This document shows, piece after piece, positions 20,239-29,924 of a stretch of 57,171 nucleotides of DNA. The notes under the pieces are model-generated. The model was not told the DNA's origin, made no database searches, and worked only from the letters and a program-made list of their open reading frames with translations. This DNA comes from Actinomycetota bacterium. GTDB taxonomy: Bacteria > Actinomycetota > Humimicrobiia > Humimicrobiales > Humimicrobiaceae. The position numbers and the translations under genes are program-made. Location: the NCBI GenBank assembly GCA_026392215.1, contig JAPLCN010000121.1:1-57171 (forward strand), given 5' to 3'. Within the stretch, counting starts at the first letter, position 1. Each line of letters begins with the position of its first letter.

Positions 20239-21630
20239 ATGTTTTATAAGGACAAAAAAACAAAAGTAGGCCTTATTGTTACAATGTCCCTTGATACTAC
20301 GTGGCCGGATAGTGTTATAAATAAGGTAAAAAGTTACCTCCCGCTTGCAAAAAAGACCCTGGAAAAAACAGGTGCTTTAGTTTTTGAATGTGGAGAAATT
20401 GCCAGAACAGCAAAAGAAATGTCTGAACAGGGAGAAAAATTAAGAAGAGAAGGAATTAATGCTTTAGTCATTTATGTTGGAACCTGGACCTATTCAAGTA
20501 CATCAATCATGGCTGCAATAAAGGCAGATGTTCCTGTCATAGTCTGGGCAAATGACAGCTTGGATACTTTTGGCATAGTTGGTGGTTCGATAGTAAGAGG
20601 AGCCTTAGATGAGGTTGGAATTATTAATTACCTTGTCTACGGGAAATTTGAAGAGGAACGTGTTTTAAAAGAATTAAAAACTTTAATTAATGGAATTGCA
20701 GGAGCAACAAAGCTGAGAGGAATGATTTATGGTGAAGGCGGAAGCAGATGTATGGGAATGTATACGGCAAGAATAGATGCTTCAGAATGGATGACTAAAT
20801 TTGGAATAGATGTTGATGGTTTTGAGCAGGTAGATGTAATAGAAATAGCAAGCAGGATATCCGATGCTGATGCAAATAAATTTCTTGCATGGATGGAAAA
20901 AGAATTTGGAGGAATTGAAGCTAAAGAAGAAGTAATGCTTGCACAAATTAAATTATATATGGCTTTAAGAGAAATAATTAAGGGGAAAAATTATGATTTC
21001 ATATCTGTTAAGTGTCTTCCCGAAATGCCTGTGTGCTATACGACATTCTGTATAGCACATACACTTTTAAATGATACGTCGGATGACGGTTTTGGTGGAA
21101 AAATATCTTTTGTTGCAGCATGTGAAGCTGATTCAAATGGTGCCTTAACAATGCAGATTTTAAATAATATTACCGGTGATACAACAATGTTTACGGATGT
21201 TTTGTATTATGATTATAAAGAGAATGTAATTAGAATGTGCAATTGTGGAGCTCAACCTACAGATTTTGCAAAATCAAGAAAGGATGTTGTCTGGGTTTCA
21301 GAAGGGCTTAGAGAATTTAACTGGAAAATGGGTGGTTGCTGTCCCAGATATATCGGTGCACCAGGAAAAGTTACTATTGCCAGACTTAGTAGAATTAAAG
21401 GGGAATACGTAATGCTTATAATAACAGGACAGGCTCTTGAAACACCTCTTGAAAAGATTAACGAAACAAATTCACAGCAGCCTCATGTTTTTGTAAAACT
21501 GGATTGTAAACCTGAAAACTTTATTAAAGATTTAAGAGCAAATCATGTCCATGTTGTTAAAGGTGATTGCAAAAAAGAGTTAATTACTACATGTGAAGTA
21601 CTTGGAATCAGGCCTATAGTTCCGGAATAA
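20239..21630 (+). CDS. L-fucose / L-arabinose isomerase-like sugar isomerase
   Basis: 463 aa, with SD AAGGAAAG. N-terminal Rossmann-like VGLIVT...VIYVGTW and C-terminal ...CNCGAQP...ANHVHVVKGDCKKEL, as in the FucI/AraA superfamily. Confidence 0.7.
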   Translation: MFYKDKKTKVGLIVTMSLDTTWPDSVINKVKSYLPLAKKTLEKTGALVFECGEIARTAKEMSEQGEKLRREGINALVIYVGTWTYSSTSIMAAIKADVPVIVWANDSLDTFGIVGGSIVRGALDEVGIINYLVYGKFEEERVLKELKTLINGIAGATKLRGMIYGEGGSRCMGMYTARIDASEWMTKFGIDVDGFEQVDVIEIASRISDADANKFLAWMEKEFGGIEAKEEVMLAQIKLYMALREIIKGKNYDFISVKCLPEMPVCYTTFCIAHTLLNDTSDDGFGGKISFVAACEADSNGALTMQILNNITGDTTMFTDVLYYDYKENVIRMCNCGAQPTDFAKSRKDVVWVSEGLREFNWKMGGCCPRYIGAPGKVTIARLSRIKGEYVMLIITGQALETPLEKINETNSQQPHVFVKLDCKPENFIKDLRANHVHVVKGDCKKELITTCEVLGIRPIVPE

Positions 21631-21694
21631 GTAATTATTTTTTTGTTTCATATTTGGTTTATTAAATTATTTTTGTTTAAAAAAATTATTTTTA

Positions 21695-21748
21695 TTGACC
21701 AGTTGCAGTAATTAATTTATAATGTAAGCTGTTACTGTAACTGGTTTC
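21695..21748 (+). promoter_or_regulatory. Candidate promoter with flanking ACCAGTT-type operator sites for the second LacI regulon
   Basis: TTGACC (21695-21700), 17-nt spacer, TATAAT (21718-21723). ACCAGTT overlaps the -35 box (21698-21704). TGTAACTGGTTTC (21736-21748) is the reverse complement of 14012-14024. Confidence 0.5.
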
Positions 21749-21834
21749 ATTATATATATGTTTTTAAAACATATTATAATATTTTTGTTTTTGTTAAAAA
21801 AAGATTTTGATTTTAGGAAAATATTATTTTGATT

Positions 21835-22887
21835 ATGAATAAAAAAAATAAAACCCCTAAAGTTAACATATATTATATTGCTAAAGAAGTCGGAGTATCT
21901 GTAGCTACTATTTCGAGATTTTTTAATAATGAAACACTTGTTAAAGAATCTACAAAGACTAAAATTCTGAAAGTTTGCCAGAAATATAATTACAAACCTT
22001 CAAAAATAGCGAGCGCCATTACAACTAAAAGCACCAAATCGATTGCATTTATTGTTCCGAGCTTAAAAGATCCGACTTTTGTTGAATTAATCAGCGGGGC
22101 AGAACTTGCAATGTCTAAAAAGGGTTATAGCATGACTCTTTTTAACACCAGGCAGAATATTTTCAGGGAAAGAGAAATAATTGATACTCTGGACTCCATG
22201 ATTATTGATGGTGTAATTTTTTCAGGTGTATATGGGGGGGAAGAAGAAAAAATATTTATATCAGAGGTTCAGAAAAGAAATATTCCCATAATATTAGTTG
22301 ACAGGATCATACCTGACATAAATATCCCGTTTGTGATGAGTAATGATTATCTGGGGGGAAAACTGGCAGCAAAATTTATTCTGGAAAATAATCACAAAAA
22401 AATAGGAATTGTTACTTATTTCAGGAAAGTATTTATTTTTAACGAAAGAGTACAGGGATTTATTGATGTTTTAAAACAAGCAGGAATTAATGAAATTTTT
22501 ATTGAGGAAGTTCCATTGGAATATAATAAAATTGAAGAAGCGCTTATTGAGAAAAAAGATTTTATTTTAAAAAGTGATGTAACAGCTATTTTTTGTGTTG
22601 CAGATTCCATCGCAATTTTTTTAAGCAGAATCTTAATGGAAGACAAAATAAAAATTCCGGATGAAATTTCTATCATGGGTTACGATAATTTGTTTTTTTC
22701 AAATTATTTAGTTCCAGGACTTACCACAATTAATCACGACATGTATGAAATTGGCAAAATGGCTGCAGAAAATTTAATTCATAGACTGGAAACCGGACGT
22801 TTTAAAAACAAAAAGATTGTAATTGATCCGGTGCTGTTACCCCGGGATTCTGTAAAAAATTTAAAAAATGGGAATTTAAACAGGTAA
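21835..22887 (+). CDS. LacI-family transcriptional regulator (second copy)
   Basis: HTH IYYIAKEVGVSVATISRFFNNETLVKESTKTKI, very similar to the HTH of 12910-13935. Sugar-binding core (FCVADSIAI, IMGYDN). The ORF track opens at TTG 21829. Confidence 0.9.
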   Translation: MNKKNKTPKVNIYYIAKEVGVSVATISRFFNNETLVKESTKTKILKVCQKYNYKPSKIASAITTKSTKSIAFIVPSLKDPTFVELISGAELAMSKKGYSMTLFNTRQNIFREREIIDTLDSMIIDGVIFSGVYGGEEEKIFISEVQKRNIPIILVDRIIPDINIPFVMSNDYLGGKLAAKFILENNHKKIGIVTYFRKVFIFNERVQGFIDVLKQAGINEIFIEEVPLEYNKIEEALIEKKDFILKSDVTAIFCVADSIAIFLSRILMEDKIKIPDEISIMGYDNLFFSNYLVPGLTTINHDMYEIGKMAAENLIHRLETGRFKNKKIVIDPVLLPRDSVKNLKNGNLNR

Positions 22888-22942
22888 ATCCATTTTTTTA
22901 TTTATTATTTAATTTTTTATTATAATAAAATATTAACATCAG

Positions 22943-23962
22943 ATGGAATATAAAATTTTAGGTAAGACAGGACTCACAGTATCTTCAATTGCATTTGGTG
23001 CACTTCAGTTTGCCAGAATAGATCGGAAGGAAGCCATCAATCTTGTTCATTTGGCATATGATTACGGAATTAACTTAATTGATACCGCACACAATTATCC
23101 CGGAAGCGAAGAGATTTTAGGAGAAGCACTTAAAAACATAAGAGATAAAATCTATATTATTACAAAGTCTTTAAGCAGAAATAAAAAAGAATTTTTAAAT
23201 GATTTCAATATGAGTTTAAAGAAACTTAATACTGATTATATAGATATATTTATGTTTCACAGCATATCGAAAGAAAATGAATTTGAATTATTAAAAAATG
23301 AAGGAATCATAGAAGCTTTAGTGAAAGAAAAGAAAAAAGGCAAAGTCAGATTTATAGGGTTTTCATGCCACAATCCTCAAGTAATTGACAGATTCTATGA
23401 ACTGGATGATTTTTCAACATTAATGGTGCCTTTAAATTTTATGACTGGCGAGTATGTGCAAAAACAGATATATGAAAAATTTGAACAATTTAATATAGGT
23501 CTTCTTGCTATGAAACCGTTTGGAGGCGGCAGGCTGGCAGATATAGAATTATGTTTTAAATTTTTAAGGAATTATCCAAAATTTATCCCAGTTGCTGGAA
23601 TGCAGAATTTGAAAGAATTAGAGGAAAATATCAAATATCTTGGACAGGCAGATTTGCTAAATGAAAATGATAAAGAAAAAATAAAAAAAATTTCCCAGGA
23701 ACTCGGCACCAAGTTTTGCAGGCAATGCGGTTATTGCATGCCCTGTCCAAAAAACATTAGTATTACGGATGTTAATTTTATAAAAGTATATTATAAGCAA
23801 ATGCCAATGGATAAATTCTACAATATGGGTCTTAAGGAAATTGTAAAAACAGCAAAAACATGCACCGAATGCGGAGAATGTTCAGAAAAGTGTCCATTCA
23901 ATCTTGATGTGCCTGCTATTATTAAAGAAAATATAGAATTTTATGAAAGCATAAGTATCTGA
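22943..23962 (+). CDS. Aldo/keto reductase with a C-terminal 4Fe-4S cluster-binding domain
   Basis: AKR core (GINLIDTAHNYPGSEE, DYIDIFMFH) plus CRQCGYCMPCP and CTECGECSEKCP cysteine motifs. Confidence 0.8.
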   Translation: MEYKILGKTGLTVSSIAFGALQFARIDRKEAINLVHLAYDYGINLIDTAHNYPGSEEILGEALKNIRDKIYIITKSLSRNKKEFLNDFNMSLKKLNTDYIDIFMFHSISKENEFELLKNEGIIEALVKEKKKGKVRFIGFSCHNPQVIDRFYELDDFSTLMVPLNFMTGEYVQKQIYEKFEQFNIGLLAMKPFGGGRLADIELCFKFLRNYPKFIPVAGMQNLKELEENIKYLGQADLLNENDKEKIKKISQELGTKFCRQCGYCMPCPKNISITDVNFIKVYYKQMPMDKFYNMGLKEIVKTAKTCTECGECSEKCPFNLDVPAIIKENIEFYESISI

Positions 23963-24017
23963 ATATTTAAATTATTATTTTTACAGATAAATAATTATTT
24001 TCAATAAAGGAGAAATT

Positions 24018-24941
24018 ATGGAATTTCAGGAAAAATTTAATTATGGGGGATGGAAAAATTGTCTAAGACTAAGCAACGGTAAAATTGAATTGGTTGCCAC
24101 TACTGATGTTGGACCAAGAATTATAAGATTTGCAGAAGTAAATGGTAAAAATCTGCTCAAGGAATTCAAAAATCAGTTAGGATTAACTGGTGGAGATGAC
24201 TGGAGATCTTATGGAGGAATAAGATTCTGGCATGGACCTGAAGCTGTTCCCAGGTGTTATTATCCTGATAATTTTCCGGTTGAATATTCGTGGGATGGAA
24301 AGACACTTAAATTAAGTCAGGAAACAGAAAAAACAACAGGCATTAAAAAGGAAATAGAAGTTAGTTTGGATGAGAAAAGTAATCATGCTAAATTAGTTTA
24401 CAGGCTTATTAATAATAATTTATGGGATATTGAGCTTGCGCCCTGGGCGATTTCTGTAATGGCAGAGGGTTCCATGGCAATTGTACCACATGAACCTTTT
24501 CAATTATGGGAAGAAAACTTTTCTCCTGTAAGACCATTAACTTTATGGGCTTATACAAAAATGCAGGATCCCAGATGGACCTGGGGGGATAAATATATCA
24601 GATTAAGACAGGATCCAAAATCAACTTCGAGACAGAAAATTGGAGTTTTAAATTCAGCTGGATGGATTGCAAGTTACAATAAAGGTGAGATTTTAATAAA
24701 AAGATATGGTTATGATCCCGAATATGATTACCCTGATTTTGGATGCAATACTGAAATATATACTGACCCTGATATTCTGGAACTTGAAACACTGGGCCCC
24801 CTGGTAATATTAGAACCTGGAGCAGAAATAGAATATACTGAACACTTGTTTTATTTTAAGGCAACCATTGAAAACACTGATAAATCCATTGATGATAATT
24901 TAATTCCATTAGTAAAAGAAACTGATAAATTTTTAAAATAA
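24018..24941 (+). CDS. Hypothetical protein, possibly mutarotase-like beta-sandwich
   Basis: 307 aa, with SD AAAGGAG. No motif that I can assign confidently. Its position in a sugar operon and a beta-rich sequence (GPRIIRF, IRFWHGPE, LAPWAISVM) suggest an aldose-epimerase-like fold. Coding status is likely; function is a guess. Confidence 0.4.
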   Translation: MEFQEKFNYGGWKNCLRLSNGKIELVATTDVGPRIIRFAEVNGKNLLKEFKNQLGLTGGDDWRSYGGIRFWHGPEAVPRCYYPDNFPVEYSWDGKTLKLSQETEKTTGIKKEIEVSLDEKSNHAKLVYRLINNNLWDIELAPWAISVMAEGSMAIVPHEPFQLWEENFSPVRPLTLWAYTKMQDPRWTWGDKYIRLRQDPKSTSRQKIGVLNSAGWIASYNKGEILIKRYGYDPEYDYPDFGCNTEIYTDPDILELETLGPLVILEPGAEIEYTEHLFYFKATIENTDKSIDDNLIPLVKETDKFLK

Positions 24942-24967
24942 ATAAGAAAATTTTGTTAGGAGGGTTT

Positions 24968-26188
24968 ATGGATAGTAAAAATATAAAATCTTTTGCAAGA
25001 CAGGCTCTGGAGGCAGATAAAGGCATCCTTCATCTACTGCCAGCATGGGTTCCAAGATCATTCTGTATTCCGGGAAGAAGGCTTAAGCTTCATGTCGATG
25101 ATTTATTTGCACTGGGTACAAATAGAGGCGGCATAGATGAAAGATGGTTTGCGTCAACCTGCCCTGCTGATAACGGTCCTGGTACTCCCAAAGATGAAGG
25201 CTTAAGTTATGTCTACTGCAATAAAGAAAAAGTGCTCCTTAAAGATATTATTGCTGAAATGGGGGCAGAAATACTCGGCTACAGGATAATGAATAAGTGG
25301 AAAGGACTTAAAGTTTTTGCTAAATTCTTTGACAACATGGATGCTCTTCCGCACCATGTACACCTTGGGGAATCTCATGCCAAAAATGTAGGTATGGAGG
25401 GCAAGCCTGAAGCATACTATTTCCCGCCGCAGGTTAACTTTACTGAAAATAATTTTCCTTATACTTTCTTCGGTCTTGAGCCGGGAACAACCAAAGAAGA
25501 GGTAAGAAAATGTCTTGAAAATTTTGAAAAGGGAGATAACAAAATAACGAACCTTTCTAAAGCTTACAGGCTTGAGCCTGGTACAGGATGGCTTCTCCCT
25601 CCTGGAATACTTCATGCACCAGGATCGCTTTGCTCATTTGAACCTCAATGGGCATCTGATGTATATGGCATGTATCAGTCAGTTGTTGCAAACAAACCCA
25701 TAGACAGATCACTTTTAGTTAAAGATGTTCCGGATAAGTATAAAAATGATCTGGATTATATAATGGACATACTTGACTGGGACTTGAATGTTGATCCTAA
25801 CTTCAAGGAAAGGTTTTATTTGGAGCCAATACCAGTAGGATCTACCAAAGATAAAGGATACGTGGAAAAATGGGTAGTATATGGAAAAGTTCATGGCAAA
25901 GAAGTATTTAGCGCAAAAGAGCTGACTGTATATTCCGGAACTAAAGTTACAATAAAAGATAGCGGAGCTTATGGCTTTATTACAGTTCAAGGCCACGGAA
26001 AAATAAACGATGTTGACTTTGAATCGCCAAATATGATCAGATTTGGTGATATTACAAAAGACGAGTTCTTCGTGCCATACCCGTCAGCTGTAAAGGGAGT
26101 AACTATTGAAAATAATGGCTGCGAGCCAATAGTAATGCTTAAATTCTTTGGACCGGACAATAATCCTGATATGCCGGATAAGAAATAA
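24968..26188 (+). CDS. Class I phosphomannose-isomerase-like cupin sugar isomerase
   Basis: LPHHVHLGESH...GKPEAYYF...PPGILHAPGSLCSFEPQWASD parallels the PMI metal-binding pattern (QxH..KPE..HA..E..SD). GGAGG lies 4 nt before ATG 24968. The ORF track opens at TTG 24953. Confidence 0.55.
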   Translation: MDSKNIKSFARQALEADKGILHLLPAWVPRSFCIPGRRLKLHVDDLFALGTNRGGIDERWFASTCPADNGPGTPKDEGLSYVYCNKEKVLLKDIIAEMGAEILGYRIMNKWKGLKVFAKFFDNMDALPHHVHLGESHAKNVGMEGKPEAYYFPPQVNFTENNFPYTFFGLEPGTTKEEVRKCLENFEKGDNKITNLSKAYRLEPGTGWLLPPGILHAPGSLCSFEPQWASDVYGMYQSVVANKPIDRSLLVKDVPDKYKNDLDYIMDILDWDLNVDPNFKERFYLEPIPVGSTKDKGYVEKWVVYGKVHGKEVFSAKELTVYSGTKVTIKDSGAYGFITVQGHGKINDVDFESPNMIRFGDITKDEFFVPYPSAVKGVTIENNGCEPIVMLKFFGPDNNPDMPDKK

Positions 26189-26193
26189 TGTAA

Positions 26194-26214
26194 TCAGATA
26201 TTTAAAATATCTGA
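26194..26214. promoter_or_regulatory. 21-bp perfect palindrome between the PMI-like and TIM-barrel genes
   Basis: TCAGATATTT-A-AAATATCTGA has 10 complementary pairs. It starts 6 nt after the stop of the upstream gene and ends 47 nt before the next start. Confidence 0.35.
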
Positions 26215-26260
26215 AAGTATTTGGATTTTAAATATTAATTTACAAAAGGGAGGCGTTTTC

Positions 26261-27211
26261 ATGAAGCTTCAAAACTTTGAAATTAAAAATAAAGAAATCA
26301 GAGAAAAATTTACTCAGCTTAAGAAAAAGAACCCTGATTTATTTAAAAACAGATTAAAATTTTCATGGTCAAACTGGGGATTTGGCCAGGAAAGCCTTGA
26401 AGATTCTGTAAAACGCCTAAGTAAATTTGGTGTAAAATTTATTGAGCTGCACGGAAATTTATATGGTAAGGATTTAGGTTATAAGCCTAAGGAAGTAAAT
26501 AAAATATTATCTTCTTATGGAGTAAAAGTAAGTGGAATCTGCGGCATGTATTCAGCAGATAATGATTTATCTTCAAGTAAGCCGTTGATTAGGCAGAATG
26601 CAATTGATTATACTTATAGAAATGTTGAATTTGGCGCAGAAGTCGGGGCTAAATATTTCCTTGTAGTTCCTGCAGCGGTTGGCAGGCCAGTAAAATATGA
26701 TGATATGGAATTTGAGCGTTCTGTTGAAACATTAAAAATTGCTGCAAATGTTTTTGTAAAGACAAAAATAAGGGGTGCTGTTGAACCAATCAGGTCTGCT
26801 GAAACAAGCATTGTACATTCTTTTGAAGATGCAAAAAAATATATTGCAGCTGTTGCAAGCCCTGGTATTGCGCACATAAACGGAGATGTTTATCACATGC
26901 TTGTTGAAGAAAAACATATAGGAGAAGCAATAGTAAATGCAAAAGGCATGCTTACCAATCTTCACATGGCAGATTCAAACAGGTGTGCGCTTGGTGAAGG
27001 GTTTATGGATCTTGACATCATTATCATGGCCCTTTACAGCATTGGTTATAACAATGATGAGCACTGCTTCCTTTCAGCCGAGCCTTTAGGTCCTGGGGGA
27101 GATCCTTATCCCGCCATGTATGGCAAACCGGATAGCGGAAAATTAGATAAGCTTGTTAAGAGCTCTATTGATTATTTTACTCAAAGAGAATCAGAGTTGT
27201 TAAGCTTGTAG
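26261..27211 (+). CDS. Sugar phosphate isomerase/epimerase (xylose-isomerase-like TIM barrel)
   Basis: 316 aa, with SD AAGGGAGG. FIELHG, AVEPIR, HINGDVYHM and HMADSNR are typical AP-endonuclease-2 / xylose-isomerase-like barrel metal motifs. Confidence 0.75.
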   Translation: MKLQNFEIKNKEIREKFTQLKKKNPDLFKNRLKFSWSNWGFGQESLEDSVKRLSKFGVKFIELHGNLYGKDLGYKPKEVNKILSSYGVKVSGICGMYSADNDLSSSKPLIRQNAIDYTYRNVEFGAEVGAKYFLVVPAAVGRPVKYDDMEFERSVETLKIAANVFVKTKIRGAVEPIRSAETSIVHSFEDAKKYIAAVASPGIAHINGDVYHMLVEEKHIGEAIVNAKGMLTNLHMADSNRCALGEGFMDLDIIIMALYSIGYNNDEHCFLSAEPLGPGGDPYPAMYGKPDSGKLDKLVKSSIDYFTQRESELLSL

Positions 27212-27273
27212 TTTTATTTAAAAATTTTTTTAAAAATAAATATAAATATATTTTTAGGTGAAAGGGAACTTTC

Positions 27274-28956
27274 ATGAGCCAGGAAAAATATGTAATAGGA
27301 CTTGATTTCGGAACTGATTCCGTAAGAGCAGTTCTTGTTAACGCAGGTAACGGTTTTGAAGCTGCAACTTCTGTCTCTAACTATAAAAGATGGAGCCAGG
27401 GAAAGTATTCTGATGCACAAAAAAATCAGTTCAGGCATCACCCGCTTGACTACCTTCAGTCTATGGAGGAAGTAATAATAAATACTTTAAAATTAATGCC
27501 AGAGGATACTTTCAGAAATGTAATTGGAATAGGCGTTGATACAACAGGTTCAACTCCCGGCCCTATAGATAAGGATGGCAAAGTTTTAGCACTTCGTGAA
27601 GACTTTATGGAAAATCCCAATGCAATGTTTGTTTTATGGAAAGACCATACTGCAGTAAAAGAAGCAGAGCTAATAAATAAAAAAGCCAGATCATGGGAAG
27701 GCGGCCCTGATTATACCAAGTACGAGGGAGGAGTATATTCATCAGAATGGTTCTGGGCAAAAATGCTTCACATAATCAAAGAAGACTCTAAAGTCAGAGA
27801 AACTGCGTATTCCTGGGTGGAGCTTTGCGACTGGATTCCGGCAGTGCTTACGGGTAGTGAAAAGCCCCAAAATATTAAAAGAAGCCGCTGCGCTGCAGGC
27901 CATAAGGCAATGTGGCATAAAGATTGGGGAGGGCTTCCCCCGGATGATTTCCTGGCCTTTATCGATCCTCTGCTTAAAGGTATGCGCGAAAGACTATACA
28001 GCGAAACCTATACTTCAGATAAAAGTGCGGGCAGTCTCACAAAAGAGTGGGCAGACAGGTTAGGTTTAACTGAAAACACCGCAGTAACAGTTGGTGCTTT
28101 TGATGTTCATATGGGCGTAGTAGGAGCTCAAATAAAGGAAAAAGTTTTTGTTAAGGTAGTAGGGACATCATGCTGTGATATTGTAATTGGTCCAAAGCAA
28201 AAAAAAGAAAAACTGATCTCCGGAATATGCGGCCAGGTGGACGGCTCTGTCATACCGGGTATGATTGGCTATGAAGCAGGCCAGTCCTCATTCGGGGATG
28301 TTTATGCCTGGTTTAAATCTATACTTTCATGGCCATTAGTAAATATATTAAAAGATACAGATATAATAAGCAAAGATATTGCAGTTAAATTATCTGCTGA
28401 TGTTGAAGACAAAATAATTAAAAAAATTGAGGAAGAAGCAGAAAAGCTTTCCCCTAAAGACAGCACACTTATTTCTCTTGACTGGCTAAATGGCCGGCGA
28501 ACTCCTTATGCAGATCAAAAGCTTAAGGGAGCCATAATAGGACTGTCCCTTGGAACAAATGCAATAAAGTTGTATAGATCACTTGTTGAAGCCACTGCAT
28601 TTGGCTCAAAAGCAATAGTAGACAGATTTACCAAAGAGGGAATTGAAATAGAAGAAGTGGTTGCAATTGGCGGAATATCTCAAAAATCTCCTCTTGTCAT
28701 GCAAATATTATCAGATGTGCTTGACATGCCGGTTAAGGTTGTAAAGTCATCGCAAGCTGTTGCACTTGGCGCTTCCATATTCGGCGCTGTAGCAGCAGGA
28801 TATTACAAAGATATTTATGAAGCCCAGAAGCAAATGGCAAGCAAGTTTTTAAAGGTGTATAACCCGATACCTGAAAATGCAATAATATACAAAAGCTTGT
28901 ACGGGAAATATATTGAGGCAGGAAGTGTACTGGAAAGCCTGTTAAAAGGCTTGTAA
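27274..28956 (+). CDS. araB: Ribulokinase (FGGY family)
   Basis: 560 aa. YVIGLDFGTDSVRAVLV N-terminus, GVDTTGSTPGP and GGISQKSPLVMQILSDVL match ribulokinase length and motifs. Confidence 0.85.
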   Translation: MSQEKYVIGLDFGTDSVRAVLVNAGNGFEAATSVSNYKRWSQGKYSDAQKNQFRHHPLDYLQSMEEVIINTLKLMPEDTFRNVIGIGVDTTGSTPGPIDKDGKVLALREDFMENPNAMFVLWKDHTAVKEAELINKKARSWEGGPDYTKYEGGVYSSEWFWAKMLHIIKEDSKVRETAYSWVELCDWIPAVLTGSEKPQNIKRSRCAAGHKAMWHKDWGGLPPDDFLAFIDPLLKGMRERLYSETYTSDKSAGSLTKEWADRLGLTENTAVTVGAFDVHMGVVGAQIKEKVFVKVVGTSCCDIVIGPKQKKEKLISGICGQVDGSVIPGMIGYEAGQSSFGDVYAWFKSILSWPLVNILKDTDIISKDIAVKLSADVEDKIIKKIEEEAEKLSPKDSTLISLDWLNGRRTPYADQKLKGAIIGLSLGTNAIKLYRSLVEATAFGSKAIVDRFTKEGIEIEEVVAIGGISQKSPLVMQILSDVLDMPVKVVKSSQAVALGASIFGAVAAGYYKDIYEAQKQMASKFLKVYNPIPENAIIYKSLYGKYIEAGSVLESLLKGL

Positions 28957-29114
28957 ATTCAAATTGCGTATATTTGTATTAAAACGTATTGGAATATATT
29001 GGTAAATGTAAATATTATTTACTGCAACCGGCTGGGTTTTAAACAAATTCTTATCTTTATAGGCTGAACTAAAGGACAATAAATAAAAAATTAAGTCTGA
29101 CTAAATTAAATAGT

Positions 29115-29840
29115 ATGAATAATGAAAAGTATCTGAAATTAAAAGATACAGTTTATGAAGCAAATATGGACCTTGTTAGTAAGGGTCTTGTAATATATAC
29201 ATTTGGCAATGTTTCGCAGATAGACAGAAAAACCGGTATTGTTGCAATAAAACCAAGCGGAGTTGACTACGACAAACTTTCACCTGATGATATAGTGCTT
29301 TTAGATCTTTTGGGAAATATTATTGACAGCCGCTTAAAACCATCCTCTGATACAAAAACACATCTTAAACTTTACAGCGAGTTTCCTGAAATAGGAGCAG
29401 TTGTTCATACTCATTCAAGATATGCAACTGCTTTTGCACAGGCAAAACTACCAGTAAAATGCCTTGGTACAACTCACAGTGATTACTTTTATGGTGATAT
29501 TCCATGCACTGATGTTATAGAAGATGAGATGTTAGTTAAAGATTATGAAGAAGAAACCGGTAATCTTATTGTTCATACTTTTAAGGCTCAAAATATAGAT
29601 TACCATATGATGAAAGCATGTCTTGTTGCCTGTCATGGCCCTTTTACCTGGGGAAAAGATGCAGAAGAAGCCATATTTATCAGTGTAATGCTTGAGGAAA
29701 TTGCAATGCAGAATTATATAACATATTTACTTAATCCTGATATTTCAAGCATTAAAAAAACGCTTATGGATAAGCATTATTTTAGAAAACATGGCAAAAA
29801 TGCTTATTACGGGCAAAAGCATGAAAAACTGTCAAAATAA
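29115..29840 (+). CDS. araD: L-ribulose-5-phosphate 4-epimerase
   Basis: 241 aa. LKDTVYEANMDLVSKGLVIYTFGNVS, IKPSGVDYD, PSSDTKTHLKLY and VVHTHS match the AraD class II aldolase-fold signature. Confidence 0.85.
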   Translation: MNNEKYLKLKDTVYEANMDLVSKGLVIYTFGNVSQIDRKTGIVAIKPSGVDYDKLSPDDIVLLDLLGNIIDSRLKPSSDTKTHLKLYSEFPEIGAVVHTHSRYATAFAQAKLPVKCLGTTHSDYFYGDIPCTDVIEDEMLVKDYEEETGNLIVHTFKAQNIDYHMMKACLVACHGPFTWGKDAEEAIFISVMLEEIAMQNYITYLLNPDISSIKKTLMDKHYFRKHGKNAYYGQKHEKLSK

Positions 29841-29924
29841 GGGAATGCTATTTTGTTTTTAAGAGTTTTTATTTGTTTATTTTAGATTAAAATAATTTTT
29901 ATTAACGGGTAATCGATAATTTGT

